Assembly (NCBI GenBank): GCA_025786725.1
Contig: JAHLTZ010000012.1
Coordinates: 124,001 to 188,000, forward strand
Direction: 5' to 3'
DNA from: Syncephalis fuscata S228
Taxonomy: Eukaryota; Fungi; Zoopagomycota
DNA: 64,000 bases
The notes under the pieces were generated by a model that worked only from the letters and a program-made list of their open reading frames with translations, was not told the DNA's origin and ran no database searches. Within the stretch, counting starts at the first letter, position 1. Every line of letters begins with the position of its first letter. The position numbers and the translations under genes were made by a program. This document shows, in pieces, positions 11,701 through 24,934 of the stretch.

Positions 11701-14700
11701 AATATTTGTTAACTTATATATTGGAAAATAAAGGAGTAATTATAGGCGTGTGTATTACATTGTAATGTACAATGTAATATAATGTTTATGTATAACGTTA
11801 AATTGGCCTTATTGTGACCAATGTAACATTATACATGTTACAATCTTCCCTCCTTAAGAATGAACCGACTCGGTGAGCTTTTGTTCGTATTCTTGTATGG
11901 CCGTTTGTGCATTAATTAATCCGTTGGCAGGTTCCCAAGTGGCTTCTTCAAACGGATAACCTTGCCATTTTACTAGGTATTGGACTTGTCTTCTTTTGGT
12001 ACGTTTATCAAGAATATTTTCAACTTCGTATTCAGCTTCTCCTTCAATTAGTTCTGGTGGTGGTCGATCGTCTTTTCTGTGTGAATATTCAGGTGGATTA
12101 GGTTGATACCTTTTTAATAACGACACATGAAATACATTGTGAATTTGCATTGTCGATGGTAGTTGTAATTTGTAGGCTGTTTTTCCTACTTTTTGAATAA
12201 TAGGAAAAGGTCCAAGGAAACGGGATGTTAATTTACGTGATGGTCTTCCTTTATCGACGTCGGCAGTAATATGGGCTTTTGATAATAAAACTTGATCACC
12301 TATTTCATATTCTTCTTCTCTTCTTCGTTGGTCTGCGTAATACTTTTGTCGCTCTTGTGCTTGGCTAATTGCTTCTTTTGCACTACGTACAATGCTATTA
12401 ATTTTTGTCATTAATTCAGCAGTACTTGCTACGTCAGTGGTATTATTGAAATTTTGCGGCGTAGTTAGTGAATCAGCGGTACGTGGTTGTTTTCCTAAAT
12501 AGCTGTAGAATGGTGACATTTTGGTTGATGACTGTTCTGCACTATTGTATGCGAATTCAACAGCAGAAAGTAATTGATCCCAGTTGTTTTGTTGATAGTT
12601 GATGTAATTCCTTAACATTTGTTCTAATGTTCGATTTGTACGTTCTGTTTGTCCGTCTGTTTGTGGGTGGTGAGATGTTGACGGTGTTAAACGAACGTCT
12701 AGTATGTTAAAGAACGATTTCCAAAAGTTACCGACGAATCGAGTATGTAACAAAAATTCTCCCTCTCATTTATTATTACCATTTTTAGACATTATGATCG
12801 GTGTTTAAACACACCGATCATCACACATGGTCCACGATGAAGTTAACACTCCGCCACCGCGTATTGTTTTATCTTTATCTTTTATTTTCTTTTATTTTTA
12901 TTTTATTTTCTTTTATTGTTCTACTTAGATATTCCATATATCCAATAGAACAATATAAATACGCGTATGATTATGACCACAAATAAAGACATTAGTTCAC
13001 TTTCAATATTCATTCTTATTTTATATACATTATTGTATTGTGACTCGTAGTAACCGCAACAGTTCGCTGTATCTACGGTTACATATGGTAGCAACGGGTA
13101 GTTTAAACCTATCCACCTCGTTGCCTTGACTTACAGTGATATGAACCAACGACGTGGTGCGAAATACTTCGACCACGAACAAGCCCGTCAATCTTTCGCC
13201 GACGAACTCATCCAAGATCCACCAGTAACCTTTCGATACCCAGATAACCAGTACGAACCACCGATCACAAGCCACACGAACGAATACACCGATACCCAGT
13301 ACGAACCACCGATCACAAGCCACACGAACGAATACACCGATACCCAGTACGAACCACCGATCACAAGCCACACGAACGAATACACTACTGATACTCAAGA
13401 AGAAATAACACCCATTATGAACCCAGAATTGCCTAACACAAGTTTCGTTACCAACGCTGACTTTATTTCAAGTTTGGTAACGCAAATTGTGTCCCAAAAT
13501 AATGCTGCTACTGCCGATGCTGTTGTTACTGCCGCTGCCAATACTGCCGCTGCTATTGCCGCTATTCCATCTACTTCTGTCACTGCCCCTCCTACTGCTC
13601 GTCCATCTGCCCCGCCACGATACAACGGCAATGATAAGGATATTTCAGTAGAGACTTGGTTGTACCGTGCACGGCAATATGTCAGGTATATCCCTGATGA
13701 AATTGAACGCATCGAAGTAGCCGCCACTTATTTAGATGGCACTGCCTCTAGTTGGTGGCAGAGTAATACTATTCACTCTGACGGTGACTATAGTCATCCA
13801 TATACCACTTGGAGTGCGTTTGCTCACGCACTACGCCAACACATCTGTCCCGGTACTTCGGTAGAAGAAGACGCTTTTAGTCGTCTTCACATGTTACGAC
13901 AAGCCAACAAAAGTGTCAATGATTATACGTTAGAATTTAACAATTTAAGGCACACTTTTCCTATGCCTGATTCCGAAATGTGGCAGTTAGCTTTACGTAT
14001 TATGTTTATTAATGGACTGAATCACGAAGTTAAATACGAAGTACAAAAAGCTACACCGTCTACATTACAATCAGCCATAGAAGTGGCTACTCATTTTGAT
14101 TCGTTACGCAAGTACATTGGCAAATCATCAACTAACAACGTTCGCCATAACACACCTCGTCCAACGCAACAACAACAGTTTCGCCCTCCGATTAACACAC
14201 AACCAAGAAATGGCCCTATACCAATGGAACTAGACACCATTAATCGGTTACCCCCACTCACTGATGCTGAACGCGAAACGTTACGACAAAACGGCGGCTG
14301 TTTCCGCTGTCGCCAATATGGCCACATCATGCGTTTTTGTCCTTTGAATACGGGAAAAGTCCAGCACCAGTAGTGTCAGCATCACAACCTACTGGTGCCC
14401 AACTAAATACTATTTCTGTTGATGCCACCCCCGATCTTCTCTCGCTTACTTCTGATGATGAATTGCTTGTTTCTGCGCCATTATTTCCTCATGCTAATGT
14501 TGTTGATGACACTGATGCACTTTTAAAGGAACAAAGTTTATTGTCAAAATATCCACACGCTCACGATTTATTACGTATCAATGCTCGTTTATTAGGTAGA
14601 AAAGTTACGGTACTAATAGATAGTGGAGCAGCTGATAACTTTGTATCCGCAAATCTTGTGAAACATATTCGCGCACACACCCATAAAGTTAAATACCCAT

Positions 14701-17700
14701 CGACCGTACACGTGGCAGATGGCCGTTCGTATACGTGTGACCGCCAACTGGCTGGTGCGCTCCTTACTTCCACTGGTTACAAAGACCGTTTATCGTTTTT
14801 GGTTGTTCCTTTAGAACACGACGTAATACTCGGTAAACCGTGGCTAGCCCGCTATAATCCACAGATAGATTGGTTAATTAACACTGTTACGTTTATGCAT
14901 GATAATCGACACATTGTATGGCAAGCAAATGCACATAGACAACCAACCATATTGCCATTATCTGCCTTACAATTTAAACGCTATGCTAAACGAACAGATG
15001 AATTACACCTAGCCATTGTACGACCAGCCGATAATCCGCTAAATGAAGCTGCTAATCACTCAAATGACCCATCCATCACTCCAGTATTGACTGGATTACG
15101 CAACGACTTTGCTGACGTATTTCCCGACAAACTACCGAAACAATTGCCGCCAAAACGTGATGGATTAGATCATCGTATCGATTTGATACCAGGCGCAACA
15201 CCACCCAGTAACGCCTTATACCGATTGTCCCCTCTGGAACTTAAAGAACTTAAAACACAACTTACCGAATTACTTGACGCGGGATATATTCGTCCTAGTA
15301 TATCGCCCTACGGTGCGCCTGTTCTTTTCGTCAAGAAGAAAGATGGTGGTATGCGCATGTGTGTTGATTATCGAGCGCTGAATAAAATCACTATCAAGAA
15401 CAAGTACCCATTGCCAAGGATTGAAGATTTATTCGACCAAGTGTTAGGCGCAACTGTCTTTTCTAAGATAGATCTACGCTCTGCTTATCATCAACTACGT
15501 GTAGTAGAAGAGGATATACCCAAGACGGCCTTTCGCACCCGCTATGGTCACTTTGAATGGCTAGTAGTTAGTTTTGGTCAAAGTAATGCACCATCCAGTT
15601 TTCAAACACTGGTAAACTATCTATTTAGGCCATTACTAGACAAATGTGTTATTGTCTATTTGGACGATATTCTCATCTACAGTAAAACACCAGAAGACCA
15701 CGAACGACACCTACGCCAAGTATTACAAATACTTCGCGACAACCACTTATACGCCAAATGGTCAAAATGTGAATTATTTAAGGATGAAGTTGAATATTTA
15801 GGCCATTTGCTATGTGCTAATGGTGTAAAAGCTGATCCAGCTAAGATAAAGGCCATTTCTGATTGGCCTACACCACGAAACGTCACTGATATACGCGCTT
15901 TTACAGGCTTGGCCAACTACTATAGAAAGTTTATTAAAAATTACTCTGCTATAGCCACACCACTTACCGATCTACTATGTCAAGATCGTCGTTTCTTATG
16001 GACCATTGAAGCTCAAAAATCATTTGATATACTAAAGAAGACAATGACCCAAGCTCCAGTATTACAAATAGTCGACGTACATCAGCCTTTCCGTGTAGAA
16101 ACCGATGCTTCTGGCTTTGCTGTAGGTGCTGCCTTGTTGCAGCAAGATCGTGATGGCCATTGGCACCCCATTGCTTATCATTCGCGCAAAATGAAGCCCG
16201 CTGAACGCAATTATCCGGTACATGAACAAGAACTATTAGCATTAATAGATGCTTTAAAGATTTGGCGCCACTACTTACATGGATCGTCATTTCACGCGTA
16301 TACTGACCATAAAACCTTGCAGTACTTCCAGAGTCAACCGAATTTATCAACCAGACAAGCAAGATGGTCAGAACTATTACAAGAATATGACGTATTGATC
16401 GAATATAAGCCCGGGAAAAACAATATTGTAGCCGATTCATTATCCAGACGGCCTGATTTACAACTGTCCAGTTTAACTACTGTCAGTTTTACATATATTG
16501 ATCAAATTAAAAACTTGTACGCCAACGATGTTGACTTTGGTGAAATATACGCCCAGCTTAATACGACAACGCCACTTCCAGCTCTTCGTACCAAGTTAGT
16601 CAAGTATCGACTAACTGATGGATTGTTATATTTCAACGGTGATCGATTATGTGTACCTAAAAATAACCAATTACGTCAAGATATACTACACGATCATCAC
16701 GATGCCATCGTAGCCGGCCATCTAGGTGTAGATAAAACATACCTGGCTATTCATCGCCATTTTTACTGGCCATCACTACACAACACCGTCCACCGCTATG
16801 TCACTTCCTGCGATACTTGCCAACGTAATAAGGCCACTAATCGACGACCAGGTGGCTTATTACAACCACTTGAAATACCTGCACATGCATGGGACTCAGT
16901 TAGTATGGATTTTATTACACATCTACCACTCACTGAAAAAGGTGCAGATGCGTTAATGGTAGTAGTTGACCGCTTTAGTAAACAAGCCCACTTCGTGCCT
17001 ACTACCAACACTGTCACAGCTGTTGACACCGCACGACTATACTTCGACCATGTATATCGTCTACATGGTCTTCCACGATCCATAATCTCTGATCGTGACC
17101 CACGATTTACTAGCCGATTCTGGGAAGCCTTATTTGAATTTACCGGTACTAAATTAGCCAGATCAACTGCAAATCATCCACAGACTGACGGCCAGACTGA
17201 GCGAACCAACAGAACCATCGAAGAAATGTTACGTCATGTTATTAGCCAACAACAAGATGATTGGGATAAATACTTACCTGCATTAGAATTTGCCTATAAC
17301 AATAGTACTAACGCTACTACTGGTATTACACCTTTCTTCTCTGTATATGGACGTCATCCAATAACAACGACTATGCCAGCTGATAGCGATAATATAACAG
17401 TACCAGCAGCTGAGGAGTTTTTACAGCGACTAGAAGCGATACAAAAGGCGGTAAAAGACAACATATCGTACGCTCAGGATAGACAGGCACAATATGCTAA
17501 CCAACGACGTCGAGATGACACCTTCCAAATAGGTGATCGAGTAATGCTGTCAACACGACACACAATGCCACGACACGTAGCAGAACAGTCAAACTCCGCC
17601 CTTCGTACGCGTAAAACTGGCCCGTACACTATCATAGAGGTCATTAGTCCGACCGCGTACAAGATCGAACTACCACCAGGCATGCGCATTCACCCAGTTA

Positions 17701-20700
17701 TACACATCTCTCAGCTTACCAGGTATAAAGATCCGAACGTATTTCCAGGACGACCAACGGCAATTACTATGCCTATGCCAGAAATGATTGAAGGACAAGC
17801 TGAGTGGGAAGTGGAAAGAATAATAGGTAGAAGAACAAGAAAAGTGGGGATGAATGACGTGGAGGAATACTTAGTAAAATGGAAAGGATACTCAAAAGAT
17901 GACAGTTCTTGGGAGCCAATTGAAAACTTGCAAAATGCTCAAGAACTATTAAATCAATACGAACACTCCACACACATACGATTAGCACTTGGGACAAGCG
18001 CCTGAGAGGGAGGGGGGTATTGTAACAAAAATTCTCCCTCTCATTTATTATTACCATTTTTAGACATTATGATCGGTGTTTAAACACACCGATCATCACA
18101 CATGGTCCACGATGAAGTTAACACTCCGCCACCGCGTATTGTTTTATCTTTATCTTTTATTTTCTTTTATTTTTATTTTATTTTCTTTTATTGTTCTACT
18201 TAGATATTCCATATATCCAATAGAACAATATAAATACGCGTATGATTATGACCACAAATAAAGACATTAGTTCACTTTCAATATTCATTCTTATTTTATA
18301 TACATTATTGTATTGTGACTCGTAGTAACCGCAACAGTTCGCTGTATCTACGGTTACAGAGTATCACGATCGGTTACGATGCTTTTTGGTAATCCGTGCA
18401 ATCTGAATATATTATCCATAAATAATTGAGCGGTTTCTACTGCTGTAACATTAGTAGTTGTGGGAATAAAATGTGCATATTTTGTTAATCGATCTACTAC
18501 TACCAATATAGCGTCTTTTCCATTCTTTGTGCGTGGAAGTTGTACAATAAAATCCATCGTAATGTCTTCCCATCTTCCTTCTGGTATGGGTAGTGGTTGC
18601 AATAAACCAGTAGGTCGTTTCTGTGACGGTTTATTGCGTTGACATTTGTCACAAGTTGCTATGTATCTTTCTACTTCTTCTTTCATTTTTGGCCACCAAT
18701 AATGCTGTGATATTCTAGCTAACGTTTTATCAATACCTAGATGCCCAGAGATAGCAATGTCGTGCTTTTCTCGTAGTATTTTGGCACGTAGTTCGCTATC
18801 TGGAATGCATAAACGCGGTTCTTGCCGACGTGTTTCGTATATCAATCCATTTTCTGTTAGTCGAAATCTTTTTGTAAGCCCGTTTCGACTATTGCTAGCT
18901 GCTCCCTCACCCCCCTCGAGAAAAGACTTCACTCCTGAGAAGTAGGAATCATTAATATAACCAATACAAATTTGTTCTATTAATTGATTGTTGGGCATTA
19001 ATTGCGTAACAAGGTGTAATTCAGACTGCGTAGTAGTAGGTCGTCTAGACAATGCATCTGCTACTACATTAATTTTTCCTGGCTTATAAACAATCTTCAT
19101 GTCGAATTGTGACATTTCGTCTAACCATGCTAATTGTCGATTGGATAGATTGGCTTGATTACATAAGTGAGTGATTGGACGATGATCGGTGTAAATTATA
19201 AATGGTTGACCAATCAAATACGTCCTCCAAATACGTAAAGCCTCTTTAATAGCCAGTAATTCTTTATCGTAAGTTGAGTATCGTTTATGCGCATCGCTGA
19301 GTACTTTGGACATGTAGGCAATTGGTCTGTCACCTTTACCATCGTTTTGCATTAATACAGCTCCAATAGCTTCGTTTGATGCATCAGTTGTAACAGTATA
19401 AGGTAATTTAGAATCACTCATTCGTAGTATCGGTGCACTAATAAGCTTTTCTTTTATCGCTTCAAATGCTTCCTTTGCTTCTTGTTTGAATTCGAAAAGT
19501 ACTTTGTCTTGTAAGAGGTTTGTTAATGGTTTGGCGATGGTTGCAAATCCTTTTATAAAACGTCTATAATAACCAGCAAGGCCTAAAAATGCTCGTACGT
19601 CGGTAACATTTCTCAAATCTGGCCAATTTCGTATAGTAGCAATTTTATTTTCTGCTGTCTGTATACCTTTTTCGCTAACTAAGTGGCCTAAGAATTCTAC
19701 TTTGTTACGGCCAAATTCGCATTTACTGAGCTTTGCGTATAGTTGGTGTTGGCGTAATAATTCAAATGTTTGTCGTAAATGTATAGCATGTTCTTCATGA
19801 TTTTTACTGAATACTAATATGTCATCTAGAAAAACGACTACACATTTATCGAGCAATGGTCTAAATACATCATTCATTAATCGCATGAAGGTAGCAGGAG
19901 CGTTAGTAAGGCCAAATGGCAATACACAAAATTCATATAAACCATAACGAGTAGTGAAAGCTGTTTTGTTAATATCTTCTTCCTTAATGCGAATTTGATG
20001 ATATCCAGATCGTAAATCGATTTTACTAAATACTGTTGCACCTCCTAACTGGTCGAATAACATGTCGATGTGTGGTAATGGATACTTATTTTTAACAGTA
20101 ATTTTGTTTAGCATTCTATAGTCAACACACATACGTAACGGACCGTCCTTCTTACGAACAAATAGTACTGGCGCCCATAAGGTGAGGTACTAGGCCTAAT
20201 AAATCCTTTTTCCAGTAATTCATCTAATTGTTTTCGCATTTCTTCTTGTTCATCTTTTGCCATGCGATATGGTGCACGAGATGGTGGTGTTGTGTTCGGT
20301 TCCAATTGAATACTGAAATCAACGTTTCTACTGGGCGGTAGGCCTGGGGGTAAGTCGTTAGGTGTAACGTCTTTGAATTCGCCGACAAGTTGTGCATATT
20401 TTATATCGCCTTGATATTCGCCAGTATTTAAATCAGTTTCGCGTACAAACGTTAAATAACTAGTTACGTCAGAATCGTCTAAGTAACTTTCTAATTCATT
20501 TAATGACATTAATACCGGTTCTTTCATAGCGTCATTATCTTGACGAATTAATACTGGCTGATTGTTTACGTAAATAAAGGCAGTTCGTTTAATCCAATCA
20601 ATTTTTGGATTAAATTGTTCAAACCAAGGCATGCCTAATATTGCATCATATTTTCCTAATTTCATTACATCAAAGTTAACATAGAAAGAACAATTCTGTA

Positions 20701-22403
20701 TTGATAAAGGAACATCATATGCGCAACAATAGACACGACCTAGGGAGCCATCTCCTAACTTCACACCTTGACTAGTAGTGTAAGGAATAGTTTCATAATC
20801 TATTTTCTTAATAAATTCGGTGTCGATAAAGTTATCTGTAGCACCGCAATCTAATAGAACATGAGCATGATGTCCATTGATAGAAAAATGTACAGATACT
20901 AACGGGCGACTTTTACGAGTTATCCATAATTCACCGATTTCTTGTACAAGGCATGATGGTAAGAGAAATAATTCACCAACGGTCTTATCCATGTCACCAA
21001 TAGCGCCGTTGAGCTCTACTGGTGAGTTTCTTTTCCCTGTTGTTCATTATTGTCTACAGCTTGTATTTGGTCCGTACAAATTGTATTAATACGACGGAAT
21101 GGATTGTTGTTGTTGTAATTATTTGGGCGATTATTGTCGTAATTGTTAGAACGATTATTATTATAATTATTGGGACGGTTATTGTTGTAATTATTGAACG
21201 GTTATTGTTGTAATTATTGGAACGATTATTGGTTTGACGTCGTTGCGGATTAAGTAAGCAATAACGTGCAATGTGATTTGGTCCATTGCAATGGTAACAA
21301 TTATTATTCTTTTCAGTGTAACCGAGTTCCATAGGTATTACACCATCTCTAGATTGACGTGGTTTAGGGGCTGGATAGCGGTGTTGGCGGTATTGCTGAT
21401 TAATATCTGGATGATCGAATTCTTCTGCAATGGCAATACATTCTGAAATTGTACTGGGTGCGTTTCGCATTAACTCTACTGAGGCAGGTCCTCTATAACC
21501 ACGAATAAAAGCAGCAACTTTTTGTGATTCAGGTGTATTTTTAAGTTTACTGGATATACTGTAAAAATGGTTGACGTATTCGATGAGTGTACCTTGTTGC
21601 GTTAAATTGAGCAAAGCAATTTCGTTGCGTAGGTGCGAATGAGCTGGTTCAAAATGATTCCTCAATCTGATTTTCAGGTCCTGCCACGTTTTAATAGGTT
21701 CGTAGCCATCAACTCCGTCTTCAACACCTCTAAATTCATTTTGAAGCCATGCACGGGCCTCATCTTGCAAACACTGTGATACAAAGCATATTTTTGCTTC
21801 TTCAGTATATTTAGACGCACGTAATTGCATATCAATATTAAATAGCCATCCTTGGAAGTTTTCACTTGGTCGTCCGTGGTATAGTTCATGATGTAACTTA
21901 ATTCCTTGTAGGTAACTGTCGTTTGAGTCAGTGTCCATCGTCATGTTGTTTGTTATGTCAGGCGTTCTTGTAACTGGTGGGGTACTTGAGGATGTTGTAA
22001 CTTGTGAGGTACTCGTGGATGTTGTAACTTGTGGTTCAATAACTTCACTAAAACTACTTATAGTGGAATAAAACGAATCTTCTGAACTAAAACTAAAATC
22101 AGGATCAAATTTAAATGTAGGCATTCAATTGCTAACAGAGACTTTGGATAGGTAACTTTTTGTAAGGCCGGTGATTCAACCGTTGCTACCAATGTAATAT
22201 TTAGATTTGATGGAAAGTGGATAATTTTCTTTATTAGAATAAAATATTTGTTAACTTATATATTGGAAAATAAAGGAGTAATTATAGGCGTGTGTATTAC
22301 ATTGTAATGTACAATGTAATATAATGTTTATGTATAACGTTAAATTGGCCTTATTGTGACCAATGTAACATTATACATGTTACAAACCCCAAAGAAATAC
22401 TAG
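5789..22403 (+). CDS. Secreted Cys-rich protein copy 1 (signal peptide + 3 x 56-aa six-Cys modules, 201 aa), split by two LTR elements into 5789-6174, 11444-11649 and 22390-22403
   Basis: Removing the elements and one copy of each target-site duplication (TSD) gives 386+206+14 = 606 nt in one open frame, [22 protein letters not shown]...ETPKKY*. Confidence 0.88.
6451..6469 (+). promoter_or_regulatory. Primer-binding site TGGTAGCAACGGGTAGTTT (tRNA-iMet type)
   Basis: Immediately 3' of the 5' LTR. The identical 19-mer is at 13086-13104, and a 12-nt version is at 22180-22191 (minus). Confidence 0.85.
6476..7501 (+). CDS. gag: Gag of element 1
   Basis: Retrotransposon capsid-like region ([11 protein letters not shown]), PMELD motif, CCHC knuckle [14 protein letters not shown]. 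Confidence 0.92.
   Translation: MPFDHSSDSSESPIPSPDFFPATIMETLTDSQHAPGSDTPIPHVGSSNHNLSFGAHFTKYHGHSSEDLNLWIGTVDFALSARTEWNDTQQLVAVVSLLGGSAQRWFIDNRQNFLKGKQGYTNITNWENLKDRLIFQFQPIQQGPSIRCQLDRLKQGKQSVQEYANKFLEVVGRLPNMDMPDQVHRFASGLNSTTASQEIRVRCITDLQEAIRTATLYDTTGHSITPLKTKYTGSAPMELDRMENQLFKCYNCGGNNHMAKHCMAERRNIDRRVQYVKSNNNHNNNHNNNSHNNPFNHQHSKTNNNPFRRAYRLELISDDDDEPYSDTPTTSETETGKDSDQ
7480..11096 (+). CDS. pol: Pol of element 1 (PR, RT, RNase H, integrase, chromodomain), entered by -1 frameshift; 1-bp G-run deletion near 9660
   Basis: ILIDCGA protease, VFLDD RT, TDASD RNase H, HHCC + DDE integrase, GPF motif, YEVETIL...YLVKWKGY chromodomain. ORFs 7498-9666 and 9687-11096 join if one G is added. Confidence 0.92.
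11854..12745 (-). CDS. pol: Element 2 pol, 3' part (integrase core, GPF, chromodomain)
   Basis: TRFVGNFW...[10 protein letters not shown]...[10 protein letters not shown]...YLVKWQGY. Continues IVTDRDT from 18359. Confidence 0.9.
13141..14373 (+). CDS. gag: Gag of element 3
   Basis: Capsid-like region, PMELD motif, CCHC knuckle [14 protein letters not shown]. First ATG at 13141. Confidence 0.9.
   Translation: MNQRRGAKYFDHEQARQSFADELIQDPPVTFRYPDNQYEPPITSHTNEYTDTQYEPPITSHTNEYTDTQYEPPITSHTNEYTTDTQEEITPIMNPELPNTSFVTNADFISSLVTQIVSQNNAATADAVVTAAANTAAAIAAIPSTSVTAPPTARPSAPPRYNGNDKDISVETWLYRARQYVRYIPDEIERIEVAATYLDGTASSWWQSNTIHSDGDYSHPYTTWSAFAHALRQHICPGTSVEEDAFSRLHMLRQANKSVNDYTLEFNNLRHTFPMPDSEMWQLALRIMFINGLNHEVKYEVQKATPSTLQSAIEVATHFDSLRKYIGKSSTNNVRHNTPRPTQQQQFRPPINTQPRNGPIPMELDTINRLPPLTDAERETLRQNGGCFRCRQYGHIMRFCPLNTGKVQHQ
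13249..13385 (+). repeat. 48-bp tandem repeat x ~3 in gag ([16 protein letters not shown])
   Basis: Directly visible in both DNA and protein. Confidence 0.9.
14352..18005 (+). CDS. pol: Pol of element 3, uninterrupted, entered by -1 frameshift
   Basis: VLIDSGA protease, YLDD RT, TDASG RNase H, HHCC/DDE integrase, GPY motif, WEVERII...YLVKWKGY chromodomain. Confidence 0.95.
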   Translation, partial: GKSPAPVVSASQPTGAQLNTISVDATPDLLSLTSDDELLVSAPLFPHANVVDDTDALLKEQSLLSKYPHAHDLLRINARLLGRKVTVLIDSGAADNFVSANLVKHIRAHTHKVKYPSTVHVADGRSYTCDRQLAGALLTSTGYKDRLSFLVVPLEHDVILGKPWLARYNPQIDWLINTVTFMHDNRHIVWQANAHRQPTILPLSALQFKRYAKRTDELHLAIVRPADNPLNEAANHSNDPSITPVLTGLRNDFADVFPDKLPKQLPPKRDGLDHRIDLIPGATPPSNALYRLSPLELKELKTQLTELLDAGYIRPSISPYGAPVLFVKKKDGGMRMCVDYRALNKITIKNKYPLPRIEDLFDQVLGATVFSKIDLRSAYHQLRVVEEDIPKTAFRTRYGHFEWLVVSFGQSNAPSSFQTLVNYLFRPLLDKCVIVYLDDILIYSKTPEDHERHLRQVLQILRDNHLYAKWSKCELFKDEVEYLGHLLCANGVKADPAKIKAISDWPTPRNVTDIRAFTGLANYYRKFIKNYSAIATPLTDLLCQDRRFLWTIEAQKSFDILKKTMTQAPVLQIVDVHQPFRVETDASGFAVGAALLQQDRDGHWHPIAYHSRKMKPAERNYPVHEQELLALIDALKIWRHYLHGSSFHAYTDHKTLQYFQSQPNLSTRQARWSELLQEYDVLIEYKPGKNNIVADSLSRRPDLQLSSLTTVSFTYIDQIKNLYANDVDFGEIYAQLNTTTPLPALRTKLVKYRLTDGLLYFNGDRLCVPKNNQLRQDILHDHHDAIVAGHLGVDKTYLAIHRHFYWPSLHNTVHRYVTSCDTCQRNKATNRRPGGLLQPLEIPAHAWDSVSMDFITHLPLTEKGADALMVVVDRFSKQAHFVPTTNTVTAVDTARLYFDHVYRLHGLPRSIISDRDPRFTSRFWEALFEFTGTKLARSTANHPQTDGQTERTNRTIEEMLRHVISQQQDDWDKYLPALEFAYNNSTNATTGITPFFSVYGRHPITTTMPADSDNITVPAAEEFLQRLEAIQKAVKDNISYAQDRQAQYANQRRRDDTFQIGDRVMLSTRHTMPRHVAEQSNSALRTRKTGPYTIIEVISPTAYKIELPPGMRIHPVIHISQLTRYKDPNVFPGRPTAITMPMPEMIEGQAEWEVERIIGRRTRKVGMNDVEEYLVKWKGYSKDDSSWEPIENLQNAQELLNQYEHSTHIRLALGTSA
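18359..21037 (-). CDS. pol: Element 2 pol, 5' part (PR, RT, RNase H, integrase N-terminus); 1-bp deletion near 20175
   Basis: VLLDCGA, VFLDD, TDASN motifs. SPYGAPVLF is restored by adding one G. Confidence 0.9.
21016..22124 (-). CDS. gag: Gag of element 2 with Asn-rich 24-bp repeats; 1-bp deletion near 21196
   Basis: PMELG motif and CCHC knuckle [14 protein letters not shown]. Corrected C-terminus ...[10 protein letters not shown]. Confidence 0.85.
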
Positions 22404-22469
22404 AAACCAACTGAGGCTATTGTCCAATTCACAGCTTCATATAATTAAATAAATGGCCAATGTAAACAA

Positions 22470-23268
22470 ATGTATTAGTTATTATGTTTTTTAGTTTATA
22501 TACAAAGCTTCAGTTTATTCTTAGATCTATTTCACTGACTAATATATAGCATTATTACGTAAATAATTGGACTGGGTCTGATTTTGCCCACTAATTAACT
22601 AATTGTATAGTAAATAAATACACTGTATTTATCATTAACAGCTAACATATTGCAGCTATTATAGATGTTTACAGTTAGCTATAAATGCAACATGCTAGAT
22701 TGCAAACTATAGCAAACATCAAGGCTACACTTATACAATAGTGTTGGGTATCAGAGTGCAAATGTTAAAATATAACTGTTATTAACAACAAATTGTTTAT
22801 TTTGAATACCAAATGATAGCTTTTAAAGATAGCTTTAGTATTTAAGGCTGTGTTGATATACTGCCATTGCTTACAGACTGACGAAATATGCATGCAGTTT
22901 AGTACAATTGCCAATTTTATACCCAGTCTTTTTCTAGCATAAATTGCACATTTTGATAACAGTAATATGCGCGCTAGGAACAAATTATAATAACTAATAA
23001 AAGAACAAAAATCAAATTGAATATAGTATTATTCCTATTTACAGCTTATTTATTTGGTTCAACTAATGTTTTGGGTACCATATATTTATTAGTTTCTGCT
23101 AGCGTATATAATACTTTTGGTTTGTTCAGCGACTTTTTAGTTAGTTACTACATGCAAAAATGTATCAATTAGAACAAAGCAATTACAGACGTATTTGCTA
23201 AATTGTAACATCTATTACAGCTATTTAATAAATGTGGTCGTAATCAACATGTAGTAGAATAGCAATAA
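22470..23268 (+). repeat. Block A, copy 2
   Basis: Direct copy of 330-1134. Confidence 0.9.
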
Positions 23269-23586
23269 TATAGATATATACGGAGTAAGTATTTTGTGTT
23301 AATGACAATAATTATATGTGCAAGGATGGCTAAAGAAAGTAACACTATTGATGACGCTGAATTATCTGTAATCGGTTTTCAACTTTTTATCACAAATTCT
23401 CGAATGGCTGAATAGGTGGGATATTTTATTCGCTGATGCCATTTCAGATGATGTGTTGGTCAAATTGGATTGGATTGACGTTTGTTCACCGCCCATTTAA
23501 GATTGCCTTCTCTCTATAAGTTCTGTTAGCTGAACCATCACTTATTAAACACTACTCAACCACACGCATCTTTCTTTGTATTCAAA

Positions 23587-24934
23587 ATGGTACGTGTATC
23601 ATATCTGGAATGAACTGGAATGAACAAGAGCACATACTAATGGTGATAAAACTCATATAGGTAGCCCCTGCAATTTCATTCGATACGCAACACGAGGATA
23701 TGATCGTAAGTACCACTCCACTACTATTGAACGTATCTTGTTTTATTATACGCCGATAGAGTGTGTAGTATTTATTAGTATACTCATCTGTAGCAATTAT
23801 ATAGCATGATGCCCAGGTTGACTATTACGGAAAGCGTCTAGCCACTTGTTCGTCCGATCGATCAATCAGAATATTCGACGTGAATGCCGAAGGCACTCAT
23901 CGCTTAATAGACGTACTTAAAGGGTAAGTAGCTGTGCGTTGCTTCAACATGTAGCATTTATGCCTTAAATCCATGTAGACACGAAGGTCCTGTCTGGCAA
24001 GTAAGCTGGGGTCATCCAAAATTTGGCACTATTCTTGCCTCAAGCTCATACGATGGCCGAGTCATTATTTGGAAAGAATCGGATGGCACATGGAGCAAAA
24101 TCAAGGAACATGCCTTCCATACAGCATCGGGTAAGTGGTACAATTAAAGGCAAAAAGTCTAGCTCATTTAATCTATTATAGTTAATTCGGTCAGTTGGGC
24201 ACCACATGAACTGGGTCCAATTCTTGCGTGTGCATCTTCCGATGGTCGCGTTTCAGTTCTTTCATTCAAAGGTGTGTCAAGCTGTCATTGTTATAAAAAT
24301 AATTGTTTTATTTACATGTCTATAGATGATGGCTCATGGGATACAATTAGTTTTGATGCACATGCTATCGGCTGTAATGCAGTTAGTTGGTCGTCGGCCG
24401 TTACGCCAGGTGCACTTGTCGCAGCAGCAGGCACAACACCCGATGCCAGCTTTGTAAAACGTCTGGCCACTGCTGGATGCGACAATCTTGTTAAATTGTG
24501 GAAATTCAAGTAAGTTGTGATCTTAGCAGCCAATTAAAATAAAAGTCAGGATAATAATAATGATTTATCAATTTAGTGAATCGTTGAAAGCATGGGAACA
24601 CGAAGAGACACTCGATGGCCATCAAGACTGGGTACGCGATGTGGCATTTGCACCAAGCATTGGCCTACCCAAAACGTATTTGGCCAGTTGTTCGCAGGAT
24701 AAATCAGTGATTGTTTGGACAAAAGAAACACCAGGCACGGTTTGGCAAAAGACATCGCTACGCGCTGAGCGTTTCCCCGATGTTGTCTGGCGTGTGTCGT
24801 GGTCCTTAAGCGGCAACGTATTGGCTGTCTCATCAGGCGATAACAAGATTACATTGTGGAAGGAGAGTCTTAAGGGAGAATGGGAAACAATTAGCGAGCT
24901 AGAGGAAGAGAACATGTACGCTGGCAATCTGTAG
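23587..24934 (+). CDS. SEC13: WD40 protein Sec13 (COPII / nuclear pore), multi-exon
   Basis: ATG|intron, then [71 protein letters not shown]. Confidence 0.95.

Larger units (their letters stand above)
12746..18358 (+). mobile_element. Ty3/gypsy chromovirus LTR retrotransposon 3, intact and nested in the integrase of element 2
   Basis: 338-bp LTRs at 12746-13083 and 18021-18358, identical by eye. TSD GAGTA at 12741-12745 and 18359-18363. PBS 13086-13104, PPT ~18004-18017. Confidence 0.97.
11650..22384 (-). mobile_element. Ty3/gypsy chromovirus LTR retrotransposon 2, interrupted by element 3
   Basis: LTRs at 11650-11842 and 22193-22384 differ by one T in a homopolymer. TSD AACCC at 11645-11649 and 22385-22389. 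PBS 22180-22191 and PPT ~11843-11853 on the minus strand. Confidence 0.96.

Noticed and set aside
12801-12986. Identical 61-aa hydrophobic ORFs at 12801 and 18076
   Set aside because: They lie within the two LTRs of element 3; T-rich sequence with a non-ATG start.
13249-13385. CRISPR-like array
   Set aside because: Head-to-tail coding repeats without unique spacers, in a eukaryotic retrotransposon gag.
6175-22384. RIP-type mutation of repeats
   Set aside because: LTR pairs are essentially identical and TE ORFs lack nonsense transitions.
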